NCBI RefSeq assembly: GCF_052425735.1
Contig: NC_135759.1
Coordinates: forward strand, 34,100,001-34,164,000
Direction: 5' to 3'
DNA: 64,000 nucleotides
Source: Oculina patagonica
Taxonomy: Eukaryota
Numbering within the stretch: position 1 is the first letter of the stretch; each line of letters begins with the position of its first letter. Position numbers and translations under genes: made by a program. Shown in pieces: positions 26,452 through 39,053 of this stretch. The notes beneath the pieces were generated by a model. The model was not told the origin of the DNA and did no database searches. It worked only from the letters and a program-made list of their open reading frames with translations.

Positions 26452-29172
26452 ATGTCTGTACAACAGTGTTTAGCTTGCAACGCTGTGGTGAGTAGACCAT
26501 GTCTTGAAAATCGTTTATATTGTTTAGCTTGTACAATTTTTCACTGCCGACCGATTTTAAATACATGTGCTTCAGCTTGTCTGGCGAAAACTGCCAACTT
26601 GACGGCGCCTTAGAATTCACGTTCTTCGCGGAAATCTACGGACGTCGCATCCAATTCTTGATTCATGACATTTGATTTTACAACAAAACAACAAATTGAA
26701 TTTATTATATAAGTACATCATGTGCCGTGTAACAAATTTTTCGTTTGATTGCAAAGATATTGAGTGTGCCACTAATACTACTGAGTCAACACGCACTGAT
26801 TAATGAATATTGGGCAATGTAATTTATGCTGCTTTTACGGATTAAACGCGTTGAAATTTCAGAAGCAAAGACGCGTGCTAGAAAGCCAAGTGGACAGCTG
26901 TCGCGCGTGGACTCCAAGTCAATACAGATCTATATTTAGTCTGGCCGCGCATCAGAGGTTATGACTTAAGTAATGTCGGAAGATGTCTTCAAGAAAACCC
27001 CGTTTCGTGGTCGTGTCCGAAGCCAAAGGCACCGATATCTCATTCAAGTTCTCCTTTTACGGTGGTTACTTGCAATAAAGGGGAATAAAAATCAAGGGAA
27101 TTATAATCCTTATTCAGTCGAAGCAATCTTCAGTTGAGTTGCTTGCAAGCAAGTAGCTGTTTCTCAATCTGAGAATCTAGTTATTTAATAAAAGAAATGA
27201 TTTCGGTTTTCGCTGCTTTCCTTCCCGTATCCCCAAGAAACCGATTACTCCTTGTTTTTCGCCAGCAACATCTTATTCGTTCCCGTTCATCTCCTAAGCA
27301 ACCATGATTGAAGTCTTGTGCCCATCTCTCCGTCATGTCATCGTAACATGGACGTCCTTCATTCAAGAACAGTTGTTAGTTGCTTCGGTCTGGGCAAAGA
27401 GCAGTTGTGATGACCGTGAATTTTAAAGTACTTTTAAAAGGAAGTTTCCAGTCTGTTCCTGAAGATATGATTAATTATTCTGGCCCTGTCAAATGTACAG
27501 TATTAAGGCTAGGGGAATAAAACATCTTGGGGAAAACAAGCCGTTAAAGATGCTTGATCGGGGTAGGCTGAACCGGTTGACTAATCTGTGTTTATGAAAG
27601 CCTGGCTTCTGACTTTGACTTCTCGAATATAGAGCAAGAGAAGAGACTGGAGAACTCGGAACGATTTCATAATTTGTCGAGTTTCGAAAAAAATAAACGT
27701 GTGCACGAAAGCGAGGGATCTCAGAGTTGGCTCGGGATTTAACACACTTACGAGAAAAGAAGTTTAACGATGGGTGGCCTGTCTTTGATTTTACCTGTTT
27801 ACCACGTTTCATCCAAAAGCATATGCTTCTGGTTTCATCCAATTAATAGGCTATTTAACCTTTGAAATATTTCCAGAGATGAACATCAAATTTCTTAATA
27901 GGCCGACCAAGCGTATATCTGCGGCAAATCTGCCTTGAGCATGAAATCATTATGACGACGACGGACAATCAGTACAAGTAGAATTGTTGCATTCGGCCTC
28001 TTTGCAACTTAGAGTAAACGACTTAAAGTTAATTTCAAAGCTTCCCAGGAGGTTTTTGAAAGAAAAAAAAATTCGTACCTGCAGCTGGTTATAAACAAAT
28101 AGCGCGCCAGTGAATCGTATTAAACCGTAATGAACAAAACTAAACAAACTTACTCCTCTTTTGCTGAAACTTCATGTTTTTTTTTCGTTACTTCACCCGT
28201 CTCTCTCCACTTACCGAACAGGTTCCCAGATCAAGCAAGTCATGCCAGTGTGGTCACGTGTTTGAAAACGTCAGACAGATTGCGGGAAAACGATTTTCAG
28301 GTAAACATCAGATCTTTGATGACAAACACTCTCGTCCAGGTGGAAAGGAAAAGCTACGTAGTTTCAGACTCTATGTTTTGTTTTGTTTTCTTTTTTGTTT
28401 TCTTTTATGCTTTAGAATATCGCGCCGAGTTGTACTGGCGACTGGAAAGCAAACGAATGAAGGCCTTGTCAAAAGAGAATACTCCATTTGTAAACGAGGT
28501 GACGTCCGCTGACCAAAACAATAATGTTGACAAAGACAACAAAGGATCCAATAAGGAGGTAACGTTGATAACTGAAGCCCTTTAGGTTCCATGATTTATG
28601 TTCTGTGGATGATGAGGCGCCCGAGTGGTTTGCCCTGTTCGGATGGAAAAACGGTCCAAGCTTCAACTTCAGGTCCTCCTTGCCAGGGTCGGTTCGTTGT
28701 GTTGTGTACTTGGACAAGTCACTTGACTCTCACAATACTTCTCCCACGCAGATGTACATGATTGTTTCGTAAAAGGTGTCCTACAGAAGCGTAAAAGCGT
28801 GCGCGATAATGCCATAAGGTATTATAGTGGTTGTTCACTGTTGCTTAAGCGAAGTTTCAGGTGTTTCAGCGCTATAGCCCAAGGAGAAAGCGCGAGTACG
28901 TACAATCATTGTTTCTTCCTTCGTGATGAAACGCTGTGAACTTCGATCAGGCAATGGCCACAAACAGGGACCCAAAATGCCTTTGGCACCGTCGCGTCTG
29001 CATATAGGTGTCGGTAAATTGTTGGGGAAAAGGATAAAAAATACAAACTGTGCCTGCAATGGACAAGCATTTCATCCAATAAGGAGTAGCAATACTCCTG
29101 TTCATAAATCTCCCTTCATTTTATGCTTTACGTTTACGATCCGCTATTTGACTGACTGACTGACTGACTGAC

Positions 29173-29211
<39 letters not shown>

Positions 29212-29460
29212 CAGGCCGACAAGAAGCCAGCTGCTCGCTTAACGCAACTCTCCAGGAAAAGAATCTTCCAGCGCAGAGTTAAAGGCCTGCATTCCGCCAG
29301 CAAAGGACATCACAAGCCATCTCCTTTGACGTACTCATACGTGCAACACTCCAGTGATAAAACCGTCTCACCTGAAGAACTGCGCAGGTTCTCTAAAGCT
29401 CTGGAAGAAATCAACAAGAAGATTCACTCACAAAATCTGGTGTGGAAGAGTTTATTGTGA
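26452..29460 (+). CDS. C16orf87: UPF0547/C16orf87-like protein, paralog E (167 aa)
   Basis: Exons 26452-26487 (MSVQQCLACNAV), 28222-28300 (VPRSSKSCQCGHVFENVRQIAGKRFS), 28416-28558 (EYRAELYWRLESKRMK..), 29215-29460 (..ELRRFSKALEEINKKIHSQNLVWKSLL*). VPRSSKSCQCG is close to the recalled human VPVACKSCPCG. Confidence 0.85.
29149..29212 (+). repeat. Compound microsatellite (TGAC)6(TGAT)9TGAC
   Basis: Directly visible. Abuts the AG acceptor of paralog E exon 4. Confidence 0.95.
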
Positions 29461-30142
29461 ACTTGACGACAAGCCGGGACATGGACTTGCGGCTGGCGAC
29501 GCACCATTCAGTGGTGATCTTTCTTTAAAATCATTACTGTCATTTGATGTAACCACGTTCGCCTCTCGTGTTTCGCGAGAGAACATTCCAATCGAGACGG
29601 GCTTTTACTGGTAAAAGTAACTGGAGTAGTACCTCTGAAACTGCTGTTATGGAGATTCATGGCACGGCGATTGTTATTCGCAGCTGGCGAAGGTCATCGC
29701 TAAAAAATAAATCACAAGATTTCTCGTTCGTACCCTTGATCGTTTACAAAGTATCAACTGGTAATTAGTCTTCTTTAGTTTTCACCGTGCTGTCATAAAA
29801 CCGAGTGAATGATACGTAACGTTATTTAATATCCTGACCAGGAAATGCCACAGGTGGGGCAAGCCCAGAGGAGCTTTGTTGCCGATATTCCAACCAGCTG
29901 ATTGAGTGGGGCCTAAAGAAGCTGGGGTGGAGACGGAAAAGATACTTTCATTGAGTCTTTGGCAAAAAAACGGTCACTGGTTTTTTGCTACCCCCATTAA
30001 TTCTAACTTAAACCGCGTGAAAAGAAGTGTAATTATAGTAAAGCTGAGCGTTGTACGAATACTATGACGAGTTTGTAAGAAAGATAAAATAAATAAAAAA
30101 ACAAAAATTAGGAACGTCGGTAAATTATTATGCGATTTGCAC

Positions 30143-30572
30143 CCCAGGAAGGGAGGTATTCCGGCTTGTAAATGACGGGGATGATCGAATGGAGGCAAAA
30201 CTCAGGACCCAAAAATATCCCTAAGTCTTCCGACATTACCCAAAAAAATCCCTGGACCAAAAATAACCCCCCAAAAAATCCCTTGTCAAATGACCCCTAA
30301 ATTGCCAGGAGCCGCAATAACATATAATAACACAAAGAACGCTCGTTTTGTTTATTCATCATACCATAAAAACGCCAAGGCCGCGCCAAGGCACTTTAGT
30401 TCGTTTTTAATACCCAAAAAAAATCCCCTATCTAAATCAAGTCACCCAAAAAAATACTTGCCAAATTTCCCAATCCAAAAAAATCCCTGAATCGAAAATT
30501 CCAAACCCAAAAAAATCCTTCGATCATCCCCGTCATTAACAAGCCGGAGTTCCCCCCCCCCCCCCCCCTGGG
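30143..30572. mobile_element. MITE with 8-bp target-site duplication
   Basis: Termini cccagg..tccggcttgtaaatgacggggatgatcgaa / ttcgatcatccccgtcattaacaagccgga..cctggg. TSD ATTTGCAC at 30135-30142 and 30573-30580. Confidence 0.8.
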
Positions 30573-31506
30573 ATTTGCACAGCGAGGCTTTGTTTAAAGG
30601 TCCCCTCTCAACCAGTTTCCATTGTGTTGTTTGCTATCGTTATCATCCGGGGAACTCTATCTTCATTGAACAGGGGTGAGAGGGGCGGAGAGAGCGAGAT
30701 CGACCCATCGTCACCCACTCGTCCCCATAGCCCGCCAGCCGGAGAGGGAGAGAAAAGAAGGGCGGGGACACAGGACAGAGACGGACCGGACCAGTGCAGT
30801 ATGAAGAAGAATGTATGGGAGAGTCGTACGGACTCTGTAGGACTGTCCAAACAGCCAACAAAAAAACCGAATATCAAAAACCAGTCCCCAGAGCCCTCCG
30901 TTCCGTGCCAAGCCGGCTAAGAGAAACGAAAGGGCTATGGGGACGAGAATGGAGATCGACCCAGAATCAAGGCGGTGGTAGATGGGACAACTTGCAACAA
31001 GTTGCGAGTTTTTGAACCCAAGTCAAAAAACTTTCAATGTGTTGCCAACATTGTTGCGCGAAAAATCGTTGTTGTAAGTTGTCCCGTGAAACACAACCGT
31101 TTACACTTATCACTTTTAACCTTAGCGAGATTACAGACGACAGCAAAGTCATCAAATGAACTTTTTCAAGAAAGTTTATTCATGTTCTACAAAATTGGTG
31201 TGATCACGTCACCAATCGGTAACCATCGGAAATAATCGGAAACATTTGTTTGTGATTCTTTTCATATAACTAAAGAAAAAACTGAATTTTATATTCGAGA
31301 GAAAACGAACTTTATTTAGCAAGCTATTAAAAACGTAAAGTATTCAATTTGTTTTTATAATTTCACTCTCGTGCAAAAATTAGCCTCGAAGGCAACACAC
31401 CTGTTGTTTCAGTTGCCGAACGGTCTGGGAACAAGAGTGCCACTTTCAACGCACGCTCAGAGACAAATAAAACAAAGCACGATTCGCCATGAATATGCAC
31501 CGAAGA

Positions 31507-34075
31507 TTAAAGTTTTCTGCTGTCTAGCGAAGACCATAACAAATTCTGCGAGACAAGACGTTTGTTAATTTCGGCGAGGGCACTAGGAAATCTTAGTATA
31601 AGATTTTGTAAAGCTAAAGTCTCTGTTGGCTCGATCAACTTAGTCTTTATGACATTCGGCTGGTTGAACTGTCGTCGCATTATCGTCTTGGGCTTTACAA
31701 ATGTTTCTCTCGTTCGCTGGATGACGTTTCGTTTGTGGATTTTTTCAGTGTTGGGAGATTTTGGGCAATTGACTTCCAAGCTGTGAGGGTGCTGTCGAGA
31801 AAGCAAATTGAAGAATGTGGTAAATATTTCATTCCTCCAAACCTGGATTCATTGCTAGCACATTATGAGAAATTTATCGGGAAACAAGGTGAAGCTTACT
31901 TGATATAAATTAAGGATTGTGTGCGACTTCATTTGGGAATCCAGAAATTATAAATGGCTGAATTTTCGACGATAATATCTCAAAACTAATCTGAAGAAAT
32001 AACAACCATTAGTATATACCACACAAGTGAATAGTGCTTTTCGCTCGCGCTGATTGGTTAATTCAGAGGTGATTAGCAAAGTACTATTCACCTCCGGGCA
32101 GCTAAAGATAAACAAACTGCCTTCACGCGTCGCTTTGTTTACAGAAAGTGATGTTTTAGTCCACTTGTTATTTAACTTGTGTGGTATATACTAAAACAAT
32201 TGTTCACCTCAGAGTCGGTGAATGTGGTGGATATTTACCTCGCCGCTTCGCGGCTCTGTAAATATCCACCACTATTCATCTCCACTTCGGTGAATAATTG
32301 TTAATTATTCTCCAAAACAGCCAAAAATCAAGGAGAGGAAAGTTTTACTGGACTACTAAACTTCACTCTACGGTACGGACACACATGTTTCTTAGAGAGT
32401 GTCAGAGTTTATTTCAACTATTGTAGGGTATACATGTCCACCTTTACCTGAAGTCTTCGTTTATCTTGAATTTTATCGTTCAGTAGTTTGTTTTCTCTGA
32501 TTGCAAGTCTCTGTTTCTTGATTTCCAGTCGAGAGTACAACTTTGCTCGGTATTCTAGAACAGAGAAGATTGAGCTGAGTGGTGAGGGGTCGGTAATGTA
32601 CGGACCAAGTGTTTTTATCACACCACTGAACGGCCCCGCTAATTAAAAGATGGCTGCATGGCCCAGTAAAACCCTAGCTTGTGTCATAGCCGTAAGAGCA
32701 ATTTTATTAGCTGACTTCACGTAATCAAACTAAACAATCCAAATCGAATGAGAGAAAAATTATATTTAAGGTCATTGCCCTGTATTGCATTGCGCATCCT
32801 TACTGTGCAGAATTTTACGCGTAATTAGCGCGCGCGAGCGCGCGCACATAAACAAAATGGCGGCTTTTTTCTATGCGGCTTTTAGTCCGCCAGAGAAGTA
32901 AATTGTCACTTTCTCCTAAACCAGTCTGGTGACCTATCAATTTTTTTTATATTTTGGGTGTGGCGATCAAATTCTTTGTGTAAAATGAAAACAGATCAAT
33001 TCCTATGTTTGAAAAATAAACTAGTAATAATCAGAGATTACGGGAGTGCGTTCGACCCAAGATAGGTACCCAAGATAAGGCGCAACGTATCCGAGACACG
33101 ACTGTTTATATTATATCGTCAACAAATAAAACGACCGCGTGTGCAACATAAAGCGCGCATCCAACATCACTTGAAACACAGAGAAACAATCTCAATCCAA
33201 CAGTGCACGAGGCAGCACAGCAATCACTACTGTTAAAAGGAGGACGCCGAACGTATTTCAGCACAATTACAGAGCAAACCGCAAACGCAAACCGAAGACG
33301 TCAGAAGAACAACCTCGTTCCCAGGGTCCCGCAAAGAAGCGACGTCATACCACCGCACAACCAGACAGAACGACACACGACTCACTGGACAGCCACGGGA
33401 CCACACGCCACCACAAGATAGGATTTGTTTTCCACCGTCGAACATTTTACAGCCTAGCGTATCGCGTTCGCTGTCTTTGTTACGTCGCTGTGACGCAGTT
33501 AATTGCTTCTCATCACTGAGATCGAGGCCCTGCCACCCGACAGAAGTACCACCAGAACCACTCGCTGTGCGTCCGGACAACCACGGGACCACAGGCCACC
33601 GGAGGCGTTCTCCTGCCGTCGAACGCAATTATCGCTAAAAAAGTGTTTTTTGCCAGTACTCTTAGAGGAATTATAAAGGAATTATATGGAATATACATGG
33701 TCTTCCTGCTCCTAAACGAATCTGGTGACCCCCCCTTTTAATTTCAAAATTTAAGTTCCCTTAAAGTAATAAACCAGTAGGCGAAGTTTGGTTAAAAATC
33801 TGTGTTCAGTTCTATTTCAGGGTAATGACCTTAAGAAAGAAAAAGCAAGAATTTTACAATTTCCCAGGGGAACTCACCAGAAAATCTCTTTCCACCAATC
33901 AACTTTTTCTCTGTGAACACGTGACCACAGGGACAAGAACCGTCTGTGGTATGCGAGTCCGGGATCTGTTTATAAATAAACAACAGATTAGTCAACGTAC
34001 AGAATTAACCCACATCGATCCTACCAAAATTAAATATTTGTTTAGCATCACCCTGGAGAGAGCCAAACAAGGTGG

Positions 34076-34113
<38 letters not shown>

Positions 34114-35670
34114 TCAGCCGAGCAAGGTGGCGCAACGCCGGAGCTCGGCCAGCAAGCAGCAGGAGACCCCCCGGAGGGATGCAGTCGCAGGGAACCCCCC
34201 AGCATATTCGCCGGTACCCATATACACCTGGGGGAGAGAGGCACGGAGAGAAAGTGCGCCCAAGAACGCAACACGGACCCCGGCCAGGGCCGAACCCGGA
34301 ACGCCGCCCGGAGCCGGGCAACTTAGGCCACCGCGCCTCCCACGGTTAGCATATGCAGTTGTATTAATCAAATTTCAATGTTAGAGTTCGTGAATGTTTT
34401 GTTAACTATAGTTGTATGAAACTTGTTGATAATTTTTGCGAGGTGTAATCTAATTAGTATATAAACCCTATTTACACTCGCAAAAAAAATCGGCACGGCA
34501 CGGCAAATGTTTGGCACCGTGCCGACAATTTTGGGCACGACACACCCAATTATCGACGTATAAACGTACCGGTCCCCAAAGAAATGTGGCAACAGTGCCC
34601 AATTTTTTAGGGGTGCCGAGACTACCTCCAGGGAGGTAGTCTCGACACGGGTAAATCGAGGCACCATGCCGAAAACAAGTGTGACGCATGCGTTGTTTCC
34701 ACGAAAAAGGCGGCCACTGCGGCATTCTTGCCCCAAGAGACTTAGTCACATGGTCGGCGAACAGAGTGCAAAAAAGAGAAGTTCTGGGGGATGAGAATGC
34801 CACCGAGGAAGAAAATAAGAGAAAGCTCCCGCTCTCAAAAAAATCGCCGTGTGAAAGCCACCTCAACCATCACTGCAAAGAGCCATTTATTTTTTAATCG
34901 TCTTCTTCTGATTTCGTTAACTCCTTTCAGATGTCGATTTGTTTTGCCCCTGAACACTCTTGAATATGTTGAATGGTCGACAACTCGTTCCTTTCCGATA
35001 AAATTCGCGTTTTGCACTGAAAGCACGATGAACAATCACAGCAAAGCATTTTTCTGCCATTTTTCGGGAAGAAAACTGATGGAAAGTTGGGGTGCCGATA
35101 TAAAAATTGGAACCGTGCCTAGCAGGAGAAACCCTTCTTGTTTTGGTCGTGTAAATGGGTAGTGCCGTGCCGAAATGATTTGATCACGGTGCCAAAAATT
35201 TGCCGTGCCGTGCCGATGTTTTAGCGTGTGTAAATTGGGGCTTATAGACATTTAATACAGTTTATTTCTACAAGAGTCTGAGTAGACGGAGAACCACAAA
35301 TGTTGTTTCGTAATATTAAGTTTACTGCAAACCAAACAAGCTGGTTCAAAAGTGCTGTGAGCACAAATTATTCAGACTTGTAAGGGAAATCAGGACAATA
35401 CTGACAATATTTAATAAAACGTGATTAACTTATGTTGTATAAGTTCATCATAATTCGTGAAGAACCGATCGCGATCCTTCAATGGCAGAAGACATTCGTT
35501 GGAAAATTCGTAGACAAAATAGGTTTCGAAGCTGCGAAGAACTTATAACATACAAACAAAAATGAGATTTTAAAAATGACTAGGTTTATAACACACAACG
35601 GTTTAAAATAAAAAGAACTTACCATGAGATTACAAGCCACACATTGCAGACACTGTTGTCGTTGCAGCAT
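31507..35670 (-). CDS. C16orf87: UPF0547/C16orf87-like protein, paralog F (175 aa)
   Basis: Exons 35623-35670 (MLQRQQCLQCVACNLM), 33878-33965 (IPDSHTTDGSCPCGHVFTEKKLIGGKRFS), 32448-32554 (EYRAKLYSRLEIKKQR..), 31507-31791 (..RFPSALAEINKRLVSQNLLWSSLDSRKL*). GT-AG, in frame. Confidence 0.82.
32010..32305. mobile_element. Hairpin-rich non-autonomous element (possibly Crypton-type) in intron 3 of F
   Basis: Inverted repeat tagtatataccacacaagt / acttgtgtggtatatacta plus a long terminal stem-loop at about 32198-32303 (ggtggatatttac..gtaaatatccacc). Superfamily is a guess. Confidence 0.55.
32770..33830. mobile_element. Non-autonomous Kolobok-like DNA transposon (1061 bp) in intron 2 of F
   Basis: TIRs ggtcattgccctg / cagggtaatgacc flanked by TTAA on both sides (32766-32769, 33831-33834). 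Confidence 0.75.
34078..34345 (-). mobile_element. tRNA-derived CORE-type SINE copy, anomalously base-depleted
   Basis: Minus strand begins gggaggcgcggtggcc..gggttcg..ccctggccgggg, has a CORE-like ttcttggg..cactt..gtgcctctctcc..caggtgtatatgggtacc, and ends in a homopolymer. Related copies at about 41900-42105 and 28610-28760. Confidence 0.65.
34465..35241. mobile_element. PIF/Harbinger-like MITE in intron 1 of F
   Basis: About 60-bp TIRs (ccctatttacac..atcggcacggcacggcaaat..tggcaccgtg / cacggtgccaaaaatttgccgtgccgtgccgat..gtgtaaattgggg), TAA/TTA flanks. Confidence 0.75.
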
Positions 35671-36403
35671 GACAGACTTTAACACCTTAACTTATGAATT
35701 TGAAAGGGTAGAAGTTAACAGCGAATAAAGAAAAATTAAAGACGAAAAGCCAAACACTAGCAGTTTGAATAAGTCGAAAAACGTTATCGCGTCATCCACG
35801 CGCGCGAGTTAACTGACGACATTATTTCTTACGTCAGCGTGACAGTCACATCACACTCAGTAATTGTGACTATGACTGTCACGCTAGTTTCTGGGCAAAG
35901 AGTTTGCCAAAAACGCAGTTTCTGGCAAAGAATGTTGATCGAAAACAACATAACAGCAGGAAACTATAACATTCTCCAAATTTTAAGTGCTTTTTTCTGC
36001 TCGTTGCCATGTATTTGAGCAACGTGAAGGGGGTTGCGTTGCATCAAGGAGCCATAAAGATCTTCCAGAGTCTCATTTTCAATGTTTTTATTTTTTGTAC
36101 GACTCTTCCAAGTTTTAAATGTTTACTACCATTCTATGTACAAGAACAATGGCAAACAGAGCTACCAACAAGTACAGCAGGCGACAAATCCATGAAAAAA
36201 TCATTTCGATATAAACGCTTCGTCTCCTCTAAGGAAACTACTGTAGGAACAAATTTGTTATTTGTACACTGACAAGATGTGAATGTACGGCAAATCCCCT
36301 GCATCCTGTGCAATACGTTTTCTTTGCACTTCTCACATTACGCTATTTTACACAAACGTTCTGGGACCGAAACCAATCGATCACTATGATCACTTTCTTC
36401 CTT

Positions 36404-39053
36404 CTATAATAGCCACGCCATAGACTGTCCCATGAGCCTTCGGTTTATTTCTTGAAGAGCGTTGGAAAATCGCGCGGCTTGCTCTTCAGGGGACTGAAAC
36501 AGAGTGACTGTCTGGTTTCCATGGTGATCTTCCTGTTTAGCTGTTGCATTTCCTCTCTCTCTTTTTCCTTTGCTTCTTCGTGGTTTTCTGGAAGAGGGTT
36601 GGGTTGGACGGCTCCTTTTAGGTTTTAAAACAACCTATGACAAAAAAAAACACAATTAAAAAAAGTCCTTTTGAGAAGCTTCCCGAGGAGAGGGCCTTTC
36701 TAGACTGCTGCGCAGACCTAACCTTTGCAGGTCACGCAATATATTCCTCCCCATGAGAATTACTTGTGTGACGAGTCAAAAGGACACCTTTGTACTTGTA
36801 CGGTTGTTAAGGATTGGTACTCAACGATTGCCAGCTCTGCCGAATCTAAGAGAGAACTTACAAATGCTGTTTCTTTGCTTTCACATCTGACATGCTATTC
36901 ACAGTGACATCATATATATACACATACACAAATACATATACAGCGCCGCTAGAGTCAACAGGCCACACACCCGAAAGCGATAGTGTGACAAATGTTCTTT
37001 CACACCATCTTAACTTAAAAATCGCGTTACCTGCTTCTCGCGGTCGTCATCGTTGGAGTCTGTGTCACTTTGGGTTTTGTTCTCATCTTGAGCGAGTTTT
37101 AATCGTTTGGCTTCCAGTCTCGTGTACAGATTGGCGCGATATTCTAAGAAAAAAGGAGGTGTTATTTCACAAAACAGAGGGGTATCTCTCCTATCTGTTG
37201 TTCAGTCGATGCGCCGAAAGAAAAGATGAGCACCCTATTGTACTAGCTATCAATATCCCTGCGCGCGCGTGGTGAATCAAGTTTTGGTTTTCGCAACTAC
37301 GGACGGTTGTTTTACACAAAGCAATGTGTCATAAAAGTTTTGCCGCAACAAAATTGCAAGGAGGAGACAAAATGCAACTTGGAGGAGACGCTACTTTGTG
37401 TAACAGCTCCTGTATTTAAGCATCAACCTACTCGCATATATAGTGACGCATAGACTGCAAAACACTCTCTTTTTCCTCTTGTTTTTCTTTCAAAGTGTCG
37501 ATGCGTGACGCGCGCGAAGGGTTCAAACACCGATAAGTTTGCGCGCGCGAGCCTCGCGAGCTCACAGGGCGTTTTCCCCTTATCCTGTCCGGGAACCGTG
37601 TTTCGCCCAATGAGCTCCCACTAGTACTGTTTTGCAGTCTCGGACGACAAGTGTGCACTACTCGTTTGTGAAATCAGCCGCCTCACGTCTGAGCGTGTCA
37701 TTTTAAACGCCCTGTATTACCATGCAACTGTTTTTGGACACTTGGTTTTATTGTAAACATCTTGTATATCATGTCTCACTTTTGGTCCCTTTTGGCCTTA
37801 CCGTAAGACAGTAGTCATTCAACCAGTTACTCTCAAAATCTTTACCCTGGTTCTATAGGTTTTCTTTTTTCTCTTTTCTCAATTAGTTGAGTCGCAAAGT
37901 GGCAATAGTGAGTTGCGGCAACAAAAGAAAGAAAAAAGAAAACCTCTGCGGCTAGGGTACAATGGAAATAAAGTTTCTGGAGACAAAGTTTTGAGACAAA
38001 ATTGCATTGGTGGACCTTTTCTATGATATGCGTTCATTGCAGTTTCGACGGGTTGCGCCGAAAGGCACAGTATCTGGCTTGTTACAGGACACTACCTGAG
38101 AATCTCTTGCCCCCAATTTGTCGAATATCTTCAAACACGTGGCCACAGGTACAAATCTGCAAAGTTCCTAAAATCTAATGGCAAACAGAAAGAGCATGTG
38201 AGTAAACACTGGCGTATGAGTTGTCTGTCGTTGCTACAGATGGTTCACTGACACAGATCAGTTGAGAACACTGAACTCCATACTATCTCCCGCATTGCCA
38301 AGTAAGCCCTCAAGCAAGTCACAAATCAACTTGATTTCTGAAGGCAACCGCAGTGACAGAAATAAACGGCAAACACCACCGTCCTGGTGACAATAAACAA
38401 TAAATTTCCACTTTTTAATACAACTGCAAGGGGCAAATTATTTGATTGCAAAAAAAAAAAAAATGAATTGATCACCCGCACGAATAAGAATATTGAAATT
38501 CACTTCAAAGAAACGCGTGCATGTGCCTTACCCCAAGTCAGTGTTGTTTTAGGGCAATTCAAATTTTATTTTTAGAAATTAAAGAATGGTTCAGTGATTT
38601 AAGTCGCCTCTACGCTGTGAAGTTTAAAATCCCTGATTATCTCAAACAGGCAAACAAGTTCTGATCTGAGCAACGTGCAACAATGAGCACGGCAGTTATA
38701 TAATAATGGCGGACAATGCTTTTGTATTGTGTTTACAACCTGAACCACTTGGCGAAAACATCACAAAATAACAAATCTCGCTTGTACCGGGCCGAAATTA
38801 GGATTTCTACCTCCTTTATTCTCAAACCATGGCCCTTCGATTCACTCTCGATTTCCAACCGCAGACCGTGATACGTATACCGACCCGGCGACTCGGTGGG
38901 CAAAGAACGACTCGTGACTATTACGTACCATGCAAGCGACGACATGAATATCACTTCGTAGAAGAAGAAACGAATAATTTTCAGGCTTCTTTCAAAATCA
39001 TTCTCCTTGTTACTCACCGTGGTGTTGCAAGCAAGGCACTGTCTGAGAACCAT
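36404..39053 (-). CDS. C16orf87: UPF0547/C16orf87-like protein, paralog G (152 aa)
   Basis: Exons 39018-39053 (MVLRQCLACNTT), 38096-38174 (ILGTLQICTCGHVFEDIRQIGGKRFS), 37031-37143 (EYRANLYTRLEAKRLK..), 36404-36634 (..RFSNALQEINRRLMGQSMAWLL*). GT-AG, in frame. Confidence 0.85.

Noticed and set aside
33825-34349. 174-aa ORF with poly-Lys
   Set aside because: Antisense to F exon 2 and read through a homopolymer and a T-depleted SINE, which removes stop codons. Not a credible protein.
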